Origin: Candidatus Woesearchaeota archaeon
GTDB taxonomy: Archaea; Nanobdellota; Nanobdellia; Pacearchaeales; GW2011-AR1
Direction: 5' to 3'
NCBI GenBank assembly: GCA_964410025.1
Contig: CAYPFA010000003.1
Location: 20,880 to 84,879 of the forward strand
Length of the DNA stretch: 64,000 nt
The translations under genes were made by a program, and so were the position numbers. The notes below the pieces were generated by a model, which had not been told where the DNA came from, did not search any database, and was given only the letters and a program-made list of their open reading frames with translations. Positions 25,285 through 33,669 of this stretch are shown in pieces (position 1 is the stretch's first letter; every line of letters starts with the position of its first letter).

Positions 25285-25545
25285 TTAATCTCTAACTTCT
25301 CGTCTAAACTTATTGATAGTTACTACATAACCAACCAATCTTGCTGTATAATTTTTCCCAAGCGTCTCAACAATTTTGTTTGCGATTTCTTGTGCTTCCG
25401 CCTTATCTCTGCAGGCCGATTTTAAAATAGAAATTTTCATTATCTCTTCATCTACAAATAACTTTTTAATTTGATCAATAACTCCCTGAGTAAGTCCATT
25501 TTTCCCAATTTGAATTTGCATTATCTGATTTCGTCTGTTTGGCAT
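25285..25545 (-). CDS. CRM-domain (YhbY-like) RNA-binding protein
   Basis: QIGKNGLTQGVIDQIKKLFVDEEIMKISILKSACRDKAEAQEIANKIVE matches the YhbY/CRS1 pattern (IGK.GLT...ELIKVK). Confidence 0.55.
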   Translation of the reverse strand: MPNRRNQIMQIQIGKNGLTQGVIDQIKKLFVDEEIMKISILKSACRDKAEAQEIANKIVETLGKNYTARLVGYVVTINKFRREVRD

Positions 25546-25575
25546 ATTTTAGAAAAAGATTTATTGTTTATAAGC

Positions 25576-25965
25576 CTACTTATTTTGGGTTTTCTCAAAC
25601 TCTAAAATCGTTTGTTTTTTTACTAGAATTTCCTTGCACTTACCTACGCCAAATGTTCCTGTTTTCATATCTTTTGATTTAGAAACATCGTTTGCTAAAA
25701 AATAATGAACTAAAATATCTTTTTTATTGTCTCTCCAATCTTGAGAATGTTTTGCACACATGACTGCGGCTTCTTCTAGGTCTTTTTTTGTGACTTCAGA
25801 TGAAGGAGATTTAGTGTTTGTAAACGGACTTCCTGGTGCTTTTGTGTGCAAGAGAAATTCGTTTTTTTCAGCTTGTGCGATTAGCCCTTCATTTGTTTCT
25901 GCTGACTTTCCCATGAGAACTATTTTACCTGATGAAGTTTTGTATTCACGAAATTTGTTTGGCAT
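25576..25965 (-). CDS. Standalone NFACT-R (DUF814)-like domain protein
   Basis: SGKIVLMGKSAETNEGL...LLHTKAPGSPFT...DILVHYFLANDVSKSKDMKTGTFGVGKCKEILV resembles the DUF814 pattern (vGrnA.eNd.L...H....SaHV). Confidence 0.45.
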   Translation of the reverse strand: MPNKFREYKTSSGKIVLMGKSAETNEGLIAQAEKNEFLLHTKAPGSPFTNTKSPSSEVTKKDLEEAAVMCAKHSQDWRDNKKDILVHYFLANDVSKSKDMKTGTFGVGKCKEILVKKQTILEFEKTQNK

Positions 25966-26003
25966 GAAATAATTAGGAGAATTGGGTTTTTAGAGATTTG
26001 GGA

Positions 26004-26474
26004 TTATCTCTTATTCAGCTTCCACAAAGAAAAATTCAACACAGAAGCAAATGTTACCCACATCAAATAAGGTATTTGAATTAGTCCTGCAATGTTAGAA
26101 ATTTGATAAAATACGAACATCATTGAAATTATAGAAATCCATAAAAGAATTATTTCTGCGAATGCATAGCCGGGTTTTTTAATTCCAAAAAATAAAAATG
26201 ACCATACCATATTCAAAATTAGTTGAATACTAAAAATTATTATTACTAACGTAGTTATTTTTCCAGAATTCCATACGAGATAAAGAGAAATTCCCATTAA
26301 TAAATATAAAATTGTCCAAACCGGACCGAAAATCCAACTCGGAGGATTGAAGCTTGGTTTCTTTATTTTAGAATACCATTTAGGAATTGATTTTATATTA
26401 AAAATAGAACCAATAATTCCTGCAAATTCACATATAAAAATACAAATTAAAAGTTTAATAATATTTAGTGGCAT
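26004..26474 (-). CDS. tspO: TspO/MBR family tryptophan-rich membrane protein
   Basis: WYSKIKKPSFNPPSWIFGPVWTILYLLMGISLYLVW and multiple TM helices. Confidence 0.6.
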   Translation of the reverse strand: MPLNIIKLLICIFICEFAGIIGSIFNIKSIPKWYSKIKKPSFNPPSWIFGPVWTILYLLMGISLYLVWNSGKITTLVIIIFSIQLILNMVWSFLFFGIKKPGYAFAEIILLWISIISMMFVFYQISNIAGLIQIPYLMWVTFASVLNFSLWKLNKR

Positions 26475-26483
26475 GAATATAAA

Positions 26484-27080
26484 TTAAAATTCTTCTTCTT
26501 TTGCTTGGCTTTCGTTTTCCTTTAATCTCTTTAAAGCTGCTCTAACGTTTTTATTCAATTGCTTCATAGATTCTTCCAATTGATCTTTATTTTTTGTTCC
26601 AGTGCAAACTAATTTACCGTTGCTGAATAGTAAGAAAGTTGCTGTTGGGTCAACCAATTTGTAAACCAATCCTGGAAATTGTTCTGGCTCATATTCTGTA
26701 TTTTCTAACTCTAATGAAAGAGTGTTTAAATTCAAATCAAGATTTATACTTCCAGATGCTACAATGTTTTGAACATTTATTTTTGGTTTTACCGTAACAT
26801 GAACACCGATTTTTTTCAATTGTTTTATAACTTGTTCAACTACTTCCTTAACTTGAGCAATAGATTTTACACCAGTGCAAACTAAATTTCCTGATGAGAA
26901 AACAAGAACTGCTGATTTTGGTTTTTTAACTCTTAAAACTAATCCCGGAAATGTTTCTGGATTATATTCTGTGTTTGGTTGTGTTCGAGCTAATTTGGAT
27001 AAAGAAATTTCTTTTTCGAGAGAAGTTGTAGCAACAATATTTTGAACTTTTAAAGAATCTTCTGGTTTTTCCTTTGCCAT
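26484..27080 (-). CDS. tbp: TATA-box binding protein with acidic C-terminal tail
   Basis: Two direct repeats, each with NIVATTSL/NIVASGSI, EYNPE/EYEPEQFPGLV and LVFSSGNLVCTGVKS / LFSNGKLVCTGTKN. Confidence 0.9.
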   Translation of the reverse strand: MAKEKPEDSLKVQNIVATTSLEKEISLSKLARTQPNTEYNPETFPGLVLRVKKPKSAVLVFSSGNLVCTGVKSIAQVKEVVEQVIKQLKKIGVHVTVKPKINVQNIVASGSINLDLNLNTLSLELENTEYEPEQFPGLVYKLVDPTATFLLFSNGKLVCTGTKNKDQLEESMKQLNKNVRAALKRLKENESQAKEEEF

Positions 27081-27139
27081 CTTATTTATAAAGGGCGCGA
27101 GGGGTTTATAAAGGTTATGATTTGAGTACGACGAGGCTT

Positions 27140-28837
27140 TTAATTTCCTTTCTTGGCTTCGTTTTTAACGTCTTCCAAAGTTGCAATATCTTTCAAGCTT
27201 TTATCTGGTCTGAGAACAATCATTCGCGGAAATCTCATTGCATAGCCTGAAGTATACGTTGGAGAGGCTTGGATATTTTGATAGCCAATTGTTGCAATTA
27301 TTTCTGGTTTAACTTGAATATGTTTTCCGTCTTCGCTAATAATAATTTTTTTTAGCTCTCTTGTTAATTCAAGAAAACTCAAACCTTCCTCTTCTTTTTC
27401 TTTTAATCCCGTTGAAACTTTTCCAATCTCTAGTAATTCTCCATTTTCATCTTTACATGAAACATCAAAACTTGTAAGCCAACCAGCTCGTTTTCCCGTT
27501 CCATATTCTGCACCTGTAATTATTAAATCGAATTCGTTTGGATCTGGTTTTAGTTTTACAGCATAACCAATTCTTGCGCCCGGTTTGTAAATTGATTCTA
27601 GATTTTTTGCCATTAAGCCTTCCTGGTTTTCTTCAAGAGCCTTATTGTAAAACTTTTCAGCTTCATCTTCCGAATCAGTTATAATTTGTTCTGCTAGTTT
27701 TATTTTGAAAGGAACTTGTTTTATAATTTTTTCAATAATTTTTCTTCTTTCTTTAAATGGTTCTTCAATTAAAGATTTCCCATCGTAATAAATTATGTCA
27801 AAAACATTCAGCTCTACAGGAAGCTCTTTTTCTAATTTTTCAATGTCATATTTTCTTCTTATTCTCTGAGAAATGTCTTGGAATGGTTTATATTTTTTTA
27901 ATTTCGGATCATAGCCCACCGCTTCGCAGTCAATAATAAAAGTTTTAGCATCGACATTTTTTACTGATTCAACAGCATCGGGAAATTGTTTGGTTACATT
28001 ATCTAGTCTTCTTGTGAAAATCTTTATTTCTCCATGTTCATCTTTATTTATCATCATTCTAAATCCATCATATTTGAATTCAAACGCTGCAGGTTTTCCA
28101 ACAATTTCAAACGCGTCCTTGATATCTTTTGCTTTTGGATAAAGCATGACCTTTACTGGTTTTCCAGGGGAAAGTGAAATCTTTGCCAATTCTTTTTCTC
28201 CTTTGGCTGATTTTTCAAAAACTTCCGCAAAATCTGTTGCCTTATCTAAAGCATTTTGTACAATCTCAATTTTTTGCTTTTTCTCTTCAATATCTTTCGG
28301 ATGAAATGCAAACTCAACAATAGAATCTCTTAGTAAACCGCTTCCAATTCCAACCTTTAAATCACCTAAAATTGTTCTGATAATATACTTAGCTTCTTTT
28401 GCCGAAGCAGAATTCATCATTTCTGAAATAATTCCAAATTTTCTATCGACTGCACCCTTGCCCTCTGTTTCCGGAAGTTTTCTTAAATTTTCTAAAACTT
28501 TTTTTGTTGTTAGTTTTTGCGCAAATAAACTTTGTTGCTTTCCCGAACTCATTAAAGATTCTGCGGTTTTACCCAAATCCCCTACTTTCTTAAATTCCTT
28601 AACAACTTTTTCTTCAGCAACACCTGAAGATTTTGAAATTGATTTTATTGCCAGCTGTTCTGAAATTCCAGTCTCTTTCTCGTCATAATCTGCGAAAAAT
28701 CTTCCCTGCAATAAATAAATTGTCTCTGGCTCCGAAACTATTTCTTTTAGAAATTCAGCTAAAATTGAAGTTTTTTCAAGTCCCTTTTTTGTTGCTTCAA
28801 GTTTTTCATAAACTTCGCAAAGTTTTGAGTATAGCAT
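27140..28837 (-). CDS. lig: ATP-dependent DNA ligase (archaeal/eukaryotic type)
   Basis: Adenylation motif I EFKYDGFRMMI (KxDGxR), with downstream OB-fold region. 565 aa. Confidence 0.9.
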   Translation of the reverse strand: MLYSKLCEVYEKLEATKKGLEKTSILAEFLKEIVSEPETIYLLQGRFFADYDEKETGISEQLAIKSISKSSGVAEEKVVKEFKKVGDLGKTAESLMSSGKQQSLFAQKLTTKKVLENLRKLPETEGKGAVDRKFGIISEMMNSASAKEAKYIIRTILGDLKVGIGSGLLRDSIVEFAFHPKDIEEKKQKIEIVQNALDKATDFAEVFEKSAKGEKELAKISLSPGKPVKVMLYPKAKDIKDAFEIVGKPAAFEFKYDGFRMMINKDEHGEIKIFTRRLDNVTKQFPDAVESVKNVDAKTFIIDCEAVGYDPKLKKYKPFQDISQRIRRKYDIEKLEKELPVELNVFDIIYYDGKSLIEEPFKERRKIIEKIIKQVPFKIKLAEQIITDSEDEAEKFYNKALEENQEGLMAKNLESIYKPGARIGYAVKLKPDPNEFDLIITGAEYGTGKRAGWLTSFDVSCKDENGELLEIGKVSTGLKEKEEEGLSFLELTRELKKIIISEDGKHIQVKPEIIATIGYQNIQASPTYTSGYAMRFPRMIVLRPDKSLKDIATLEDVKNEAKKGN

Positions 28838-29008
28838 AAAACAAATAGAGAAAATAAGTTAATAAAAGTTAGTATTTACAAATAAGAAAATAAGAAAAAT
28901 TTATAAACTGCCCTTTGCCCTTAACAGAATGAGTTTTGATTGCCTCTGGTGTTCATAAGAAAATTGTAAGTTTTCCTATTTGCGATTCTAAATTTAACTC
29001 TTCAAAAA

Positions 29009-29719
29009 ATGGATAAAATTGGCGTTGTTGTGTGTTTGCATGGAGACGAACCTGTCGGTCTAGAGGTGAAGAAAATGTTATCCATCAACGCACAAACTTT
29101 TATTGCAAATCCAAAGGCATTGACGAAAAACGTGAGGTTTTTAGAAACAGATATGAACCGTTGTTTCCCGGGAAAAGAAAATGGATTACATGAAGAAAAA
29201 TGTGCCTATAATCTTTTGAGAGATATAAAAAAATTCAAATATATCGTTGATGTACATTCTTCGTCAGGCGGGATTGAGCTTTTTGGTATAATTACAAAAC
29301 CAAATGAAGAAAAATTTAATCTTGCAAAAAAAATGGGTCTAAAGAAAGTTATTGTTATGACAGAAAAATTTGCAAAAGGAGCTTCTTTGATAGATAATGT
29401 TAACTGTGCAATTAGTTTAGAAGTCGGCCCGCACGATAGAAAAGAGAATGCCTTAGAAATCGCACATTTAATCAAAAACCTAGAAAGGAATTTTGATAAA
29501 GATTGTTCATGCGTTAAATTAGATGTGTTCGAAATATTTGATATTATTTATGGAGATAAAACTGCAAAAAGTTATCTTTCAAATTTTAAAGCCGTAAAAA
29601 AAGGAGACATAATCAAAGAGGACATGGAAAAACAATTTGCCCCATTTGATTTTGTTCCAGTTTTTGTTGGAGAAGATTCTTACAAGGGAATAATTTGCAT
29701 GGCTGCAAAGAAAATTTAA
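29009..29719 (+). CDS. Succinylglutamate desuccinylase/aspartoacylase (AstE/AspA) family zinc hydrolase
   Basis: VVVCLHGDEPVG...DMNRCFPGKENG...YIVDVHSS fits the H-G-x-E / DLNR / DxH zinc-ligand pattern. Confidence 0.5.
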   Translation: MDKIGVVVCLHGDEPVGLEVKKMLSINAQTFIANPKALTKNVRFLETDMNRCFPGKENGLHEEKCAYNLLRDIKKFKYIVDVHSSSGGIELFGIITKPNEEKFNLAKKMGLKKVIVMTEKFAKGASLIDNVNCAISLEVGPHDRKENALEIAHLIKNLERNFDKDCSCVKLDVFEIFDIIYGDKTAKSYLSNFKAVKKGDIIKEDMEKQFAPFDFVPVFVGEDSYKGIICMAAKKI

Positions 29720-29728
29720 ATTTTAAAA

Positions 29729-30367
29729 TTACTTAGTTCCTAGGCACAGAACGGAATCACCATTTTTGTAATCAACTTTCAAGATATCGTCAAATAAGCG
29801 GCTAGCGGTTTGATGATTCAATGCGAGGGGATATAATGAAGTTCCATAGAAACCCCTTGCTACCATTAAGGAATCAACTTTTAAGTGTAGATTATCTGCC
29901 AAGTCTTTCATTACAGTTGATATTCTTTCTGGAAAAATTAGAGAATCATTTGGGAAAATTTTATGAGAAAACTTTTCAAGCGCACGATACATCCTCGGAT
30001 TTTGGGTTTTTAATGCAACAAATTTTTCGTCTTCTTTAGCTATCAGAGTAACTTCTCCGAAAACACCACGTCCTTGTGCGTTGGGATTAATTGCAATCCC
30101 ATCAACAAATAAAACCCTTGTTCCGTTTAGTATTTTTGGAGAATAAGAACACATTCCGAAAACTTTTCCGCTATCTTTCAATAGATATACTTTAGATGGC
30201 ATAGTTAGGTGTTGATAAATATCTTCCTCTGTCATTGGTGTGCCGAAAGCATCACGAACAACTTGCACAATATTCATAAAATCTTCTTTGTTTTCTCTAA
30301 AAAAAACTTGAGGATTGGTTATTCTTTCTAAATCGCTACCAGATGGTAGTCTAATAATACCAGTCAC
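29729..30367 (-). CDS. Hypothetical, possible GNAT-like fold
   Basis: VDGIAINPNAQGRGVFGE weakly resembles GNAT motif A. 1-nt gap to the upstream chorismate mutase gene. Confidence 0.3.
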   Translation of the reverse strand: MTGIIRLPSGSDLERITNPQVFFRENKEDFMNIVQVVRDAFGTPMTEEDIYQHLTMPSKVYLLKDSGKVFGMCSYSPKILNGTRVLFVDGIAINPNAQGRGVFGEVTLIAKEDEKFVALKTQNPRMYRALEKFSHKIFPNDSLIFPERISTVMKDLADNLHLKVDSLMVARGFYGTSLYPLALNHQTASRLFDDILKVDYKNGDSVLCLGTK

Positions 30368-30368
30368 T

Positions 30369-31118
30369 TTAATCCGCGCCTCTTTTTATCAGATATTCGA
30401 CTTCAACTTGTTTAGTCATGGGAATTATTCTCTCTTTAAAAAAATCCTCAATAATCATTGAATTTAATTTATATCTTGCACCCTTCTCCCTAACTCGTGC
30501 TAAAACATCATACTCAACCCTTGTATCAGTAAGTGCAGCAAGAATTGCTCGTCTGTCGTTTGTCTTAATCATCGGTTCATAAACACCAGGGCTTTGTTGA
30601 AATTTACTTTCGGCAACATAAGTCCCAAAATGTATTCTCTGAGACAAATCCTTCAGACATTTAATATCACAAGTCGCACTTGAACCATAGTGGCCATCGT
30701 CACCAATTTCACAAATGAAAGGAATAATATCTTTGTACATTTCCGCTATAGCTGAATTTAAATTTATTCCAGTTCTTTTTACAGGAACAGGCTGATACTT
30801 TTGATCAACAATAGGCCGAGTATTATTTGGGAAAAATGGTCGTTCATCTGGGTGAGTAAATCTTCCGGCTCGTGCCTCAAGATTTTCAGTTTCTTTAATC
30901 ATAAATTCCAAAAAGGAAGAAGGAATATCCGGAGGCAACATCATTCCAAAATAATCTGCTTGATTTTCTAAAGTCGGAACGATAACAACTCCCCCAGGTT
31001 GATAAATTCTATCGTTAGATTTTAATTCTGATCTAGAAAACAAGTCGAAAATAAGAACATCCTCCATCCTAGCAAGTTTTGGCCTAATTATGTTATCCAA
31101 ATCTAACCCGGAATCCAT
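30369..31118 (-). CDS. Chorismate mutase, eukaryotic/yeast ARO7-like AroQ type
   Basis: RFTHPDERPFFP, GSSATCDIKCLKDLSQRIHFGTYVAESKFQ and RIIPMTKQVEVEYLIKR closely parallel my recollection of yeast ARO7 ([59 protein letters not shown]). At 249 aa the length matches. Confidence 0.65.
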   Translation of the reverse strand: MDSGLDLDNIIRPKLARMEDVLIFDLFSRSELKSNDRIYQPGGVVIVPTLENQADYFGMMLPPDIPSSFLEFMIKETENLEARAGRFTHPDERPFFPNNTRPIVDQKYQPVPVKRTGINLNSAIAEMYKDIIPFICEIGDDGHYGSSATCDIKCLKDLSQRIHFGTYVAESKFQQSPGVYEPMIKTNDRRAILAALTDTRVEYDVLARVREKGARYKLNSMIIEDFFKERIIPMTKQVEVEYLIKRGAD

Positions 31119-31227
31119 ATATCTTTATATTTTAGCTATTTTTAAATCTTGTTGTGATAGACCATATATTTGTAACTTGGTGCAATATATAGAAACTAGT
31201 AAATCAATTATATTTAAATTATTGTAA

Positions 31228-31908
31228 TTATATCCTACTCAAGCTCTTTTCTGCCTCGTTTGCTATTTTTCTCATTGTTGAAACACACAGAACTGGATGT
31301 TTACCAATAGCTGTTTCTTCACTCAACATAATTCCATGAGAACCTAAAAATATTGCCGTTGCAACATCGCTTACCTCTGCACGAGTTGGAGAAGTTGATT
31401 TAGTCATAGAAAGTAACATTTCGGTTGCAGTTATTGCGAATTTTTTTGAGGCTCTACATTTCTTCAGAATTTCTCTTTGAAGAACAGGAACATTTTCAAA
31501 CGGTACATTTTTTGCCAAATCTCCCCTTGCAACCATTATTCCCCAGCTTGCTTTTATTATTCCATCTATATTTTTTATTCCCGATTGTGTTTCAATTTTT
31601 GCAATAACTTTTATTTTTTTATCAACTTTCTTTTTTATGTTGTTTATCATTGAGGAATTATTAGCAAAACTCACCGCAAGATAATCGAACTTCTGTGTAA
31701 TCGCCCAATCTATCGCACTCAAGCCCTTTATATCAATCATTATTTCAACTCCTATATTTTTTATACTGTCCATTATTTTTTCCCATTGTTCTGGGTTTCC
31801 ATACTTGGTATTAATTCTTGCAATATTCATACCAGCAACTTTCATTTTTTTTAGAATTCCGAAATTTATACTCGCCGGGCCGATTGTACAAATTATTTTT
31901 GTCTTCAT
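31228..31908 (-). CDS. Pyruvate kinase-like barrel lacking domain B and the C-terminal domain (mini-PK)
   Basis: KIICTIGPAS...GMNIARINTKYG (PK: CTIGPAS...GMNVARLNFSHG), IKVIAKIETQ, MVARGDLAKNVP, PTRAEVSDVATAI and MLSEETAIGKHP all match PK motifs. Only 226 aa. IDIKGLSAI is followed directly by DYLAVSF. Confidence 0.65.
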   Translation of the reverse strand: MKTKIICTIGPASINFGILKKMKVAGMNIARINTKYGNPEQWEKIMDSIKNIGVEIMIDIKGLSAIDWAITQKFDYLAVSFANNSSMINNIKKKVDKKIKVIAKIETQSGIKNIDGIIKASWGIMVARGDLAKNVPFENVPVLQREILKKCRASKKFAITATEMLLSMTKSTSPTRAEVSDVATAIFLGSHGIMLSEETAIGKHPVLCVSTMRKIANEAEKSLSRI

Positions 31909-31993
31909 AATATTATTAATAAATACTGGTTAATAAATCTTTTAGTCATCACCCTTTCCAAATCTTTATAAACAAAAATAATTAGAGATTATT

Positions 31994-32314
31994 ATGACAG
32001 AAATTACAGACGCAAATTTTGAAAAAGAAGTTCTTGAGGCAAGCGAGAAAATGCCTGTTGTTGTAGATTTTTGGGCATCCTGGTGCGGACCATGTATGAT
32101 ATTAAAACCAATTATTGAAAAGCTGGAAAAAGAATTCAAGGGCAAAGTTATAATTGGAAAATATAATGTTGAGGAAAACCAAGTTCAAGCTGGAAATTAT
32201 GATATAATGTCAATTCCTGCTGTAAAAATGTTCAAAGGTGGCGAAGTTATCGACGAATTTGTCGGAGTTCGACCCGAAGATTCTATTAGAGAATGGATTA
32301 AGGGAAATTTGTAG
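31994..32314 (+). CDS. trx: Thioredoxin
   Basis: 106 aa with WASWCGPCM active site. Confidence 0.85.
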   Translation: MTEITDANFEKEVLEASEKMPVVVDFWASWCGPCMILKPIIEKLEKEFKGKVIIGKYNVEENQVQAGNYDIMSIPAVKMFKGGEVIDEFVGVRPEDSIREWIKGNL

Positions 32315-32446
32315 GAATATAAATTTTAATAGTAATTTTTCAGAGTGTTCTATTTGTGCCGTACTTTCTTTTAGTCTATTTTTGCCACTTTGATATTTTT
32401 AATGTTACCATTATATAGTTACATTTATAAATAGAAAGCCCATGTT

Positions 32447-33628
32447 ATGCATATGGAAATATCTTCAATACCAGAATTTGAGGGATTAAAGCCTAGAATA
32501 CAATCTGAATTAGAAACAACATTAAAGGAAAGAGCAGAATTGGGACTTTCTAGTCCTAGCGATGTTAAAATTATTACGTCATTTTATAATACACAGGGAG
32601 CATTGGCAACTGCCAGGCGAACACAGGATGGTTCTGAAATTCATATCAATGTTGGCATGTCTGTCATGGAAAGACTTGGAGGATCAGATCGTGAAAAGAT
32701 GTTTGGGATACAGGAATATTTTGATAAAACAAGAGATTTTTTATCGGCAACAAATGAAAAGGAAATTTTTGAAATTATTGAAGATCCTGAAAAATATATT
32801 AAAAAATTCGAGCAACGCTTTCCCGAAAAAGGACTATCGGCACGTCAGAATTTTTTAAAGGAACTGGGTGAAGATTATGAAACGCGTAGGAAATATGTAA
32901 TAAATAATGCTCCATGTGTGAAACATGAATTAAGTAACTTGTTCCCAAAAATTTCCAAAGAGTTTGAGATGACTGATCTTTGTTCTCTAAGACATGAGAT
33001 GGATCATGTAGATTTTTTTAATTGCCCATTCATTAAGTATGAGCATTCATTATATGAAGACGTGGCAAAACTTTATGCAAATTTTGATTTTAAAGGCGGG
33101 GATAAAAATCAGTCATTAGCTATTGCCAGGGCGAATATGGATATTCTACAGGCAAGGTCGCAATCTTCGCCACTATTAGAAGCTCGTGCTTTCTTTTTTA
33201 CTTTTGTAAAACCCGGACAGTGGGCCAATGTAGATTTTAGTGCTATTGGGAAAAGTGTCTACGAATATTATTCTAGAAATTATATTGAGGCTGGAATGTC
33301 CGAGGAAATTATTGATAAGTTAATCTCCGTTGCTTGGTCCGAAGGTAAAATGGATAGACAAACATCAAATTTTTTATTTCACACAGTGAATAAGGAAAGA
33401 GGAAGTGTTAATGCCGACAGGTATGTTGTTAATCCAGGACAGGTTAATTATGCTGTTGCAGATAATATTTTATATAAAGAATTTCCAGAATGGCAAAATA
33501 TATTTGCTACAAATGCAAAGAAATCAGTTGATGTTATTAGTAATGCTTATGCAAGCAATCCTTCCAGATTAAGAGAGGCTAATCGCGCTAGAACCTTCGA
33601 AGAATATTTAGAGTTATGTAAGCAATAG
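32447..33628 (+). CDS. Hypothetical protein with HExxH motif (putative zinc metallopeptidase)
   Basis: 393 aa. LRHEMDHVDFF contains HEMDH. No other recognisable domain. Confidence 0.35.
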   Translation: MHMEISSIPEFEGLKPRIQSELETTLKERAELGLSSPSDVKIITSFYNTQGALATARRTQDGSEIHINVGMSVMERLGGSDREKMFGIQEYFDKTRDFLSATNEKEIFEIIEDPEKYIKKFEQRFPEKGLSARQNFLKELGEDYETRRKYVINNAPCVKHELSNLFPKISKEFEMTDLCSLRHEMDHVDFFNCPFIKYEHSLYEDVAKLYANFDFKGGDKNQSLAIARANMDILQARSQSSPLLEARAFFFTFVKPGQWANVDFSAIGKSVYEYYSRNYIEAGMSEEIIDKLISVAWSEGKMDRQTSNFLFHTVNKERGSVNADRYVVNPGQVNYAVADNILYKEFPEWQNIFATNAKKSVDVISNAYASNPSRLREANRARTFEEYLELCKQ

Positions 33629-33669
33629 AATGCCCAAACAAATAAAAACCCTCTTAAGTTCTGTAAACT

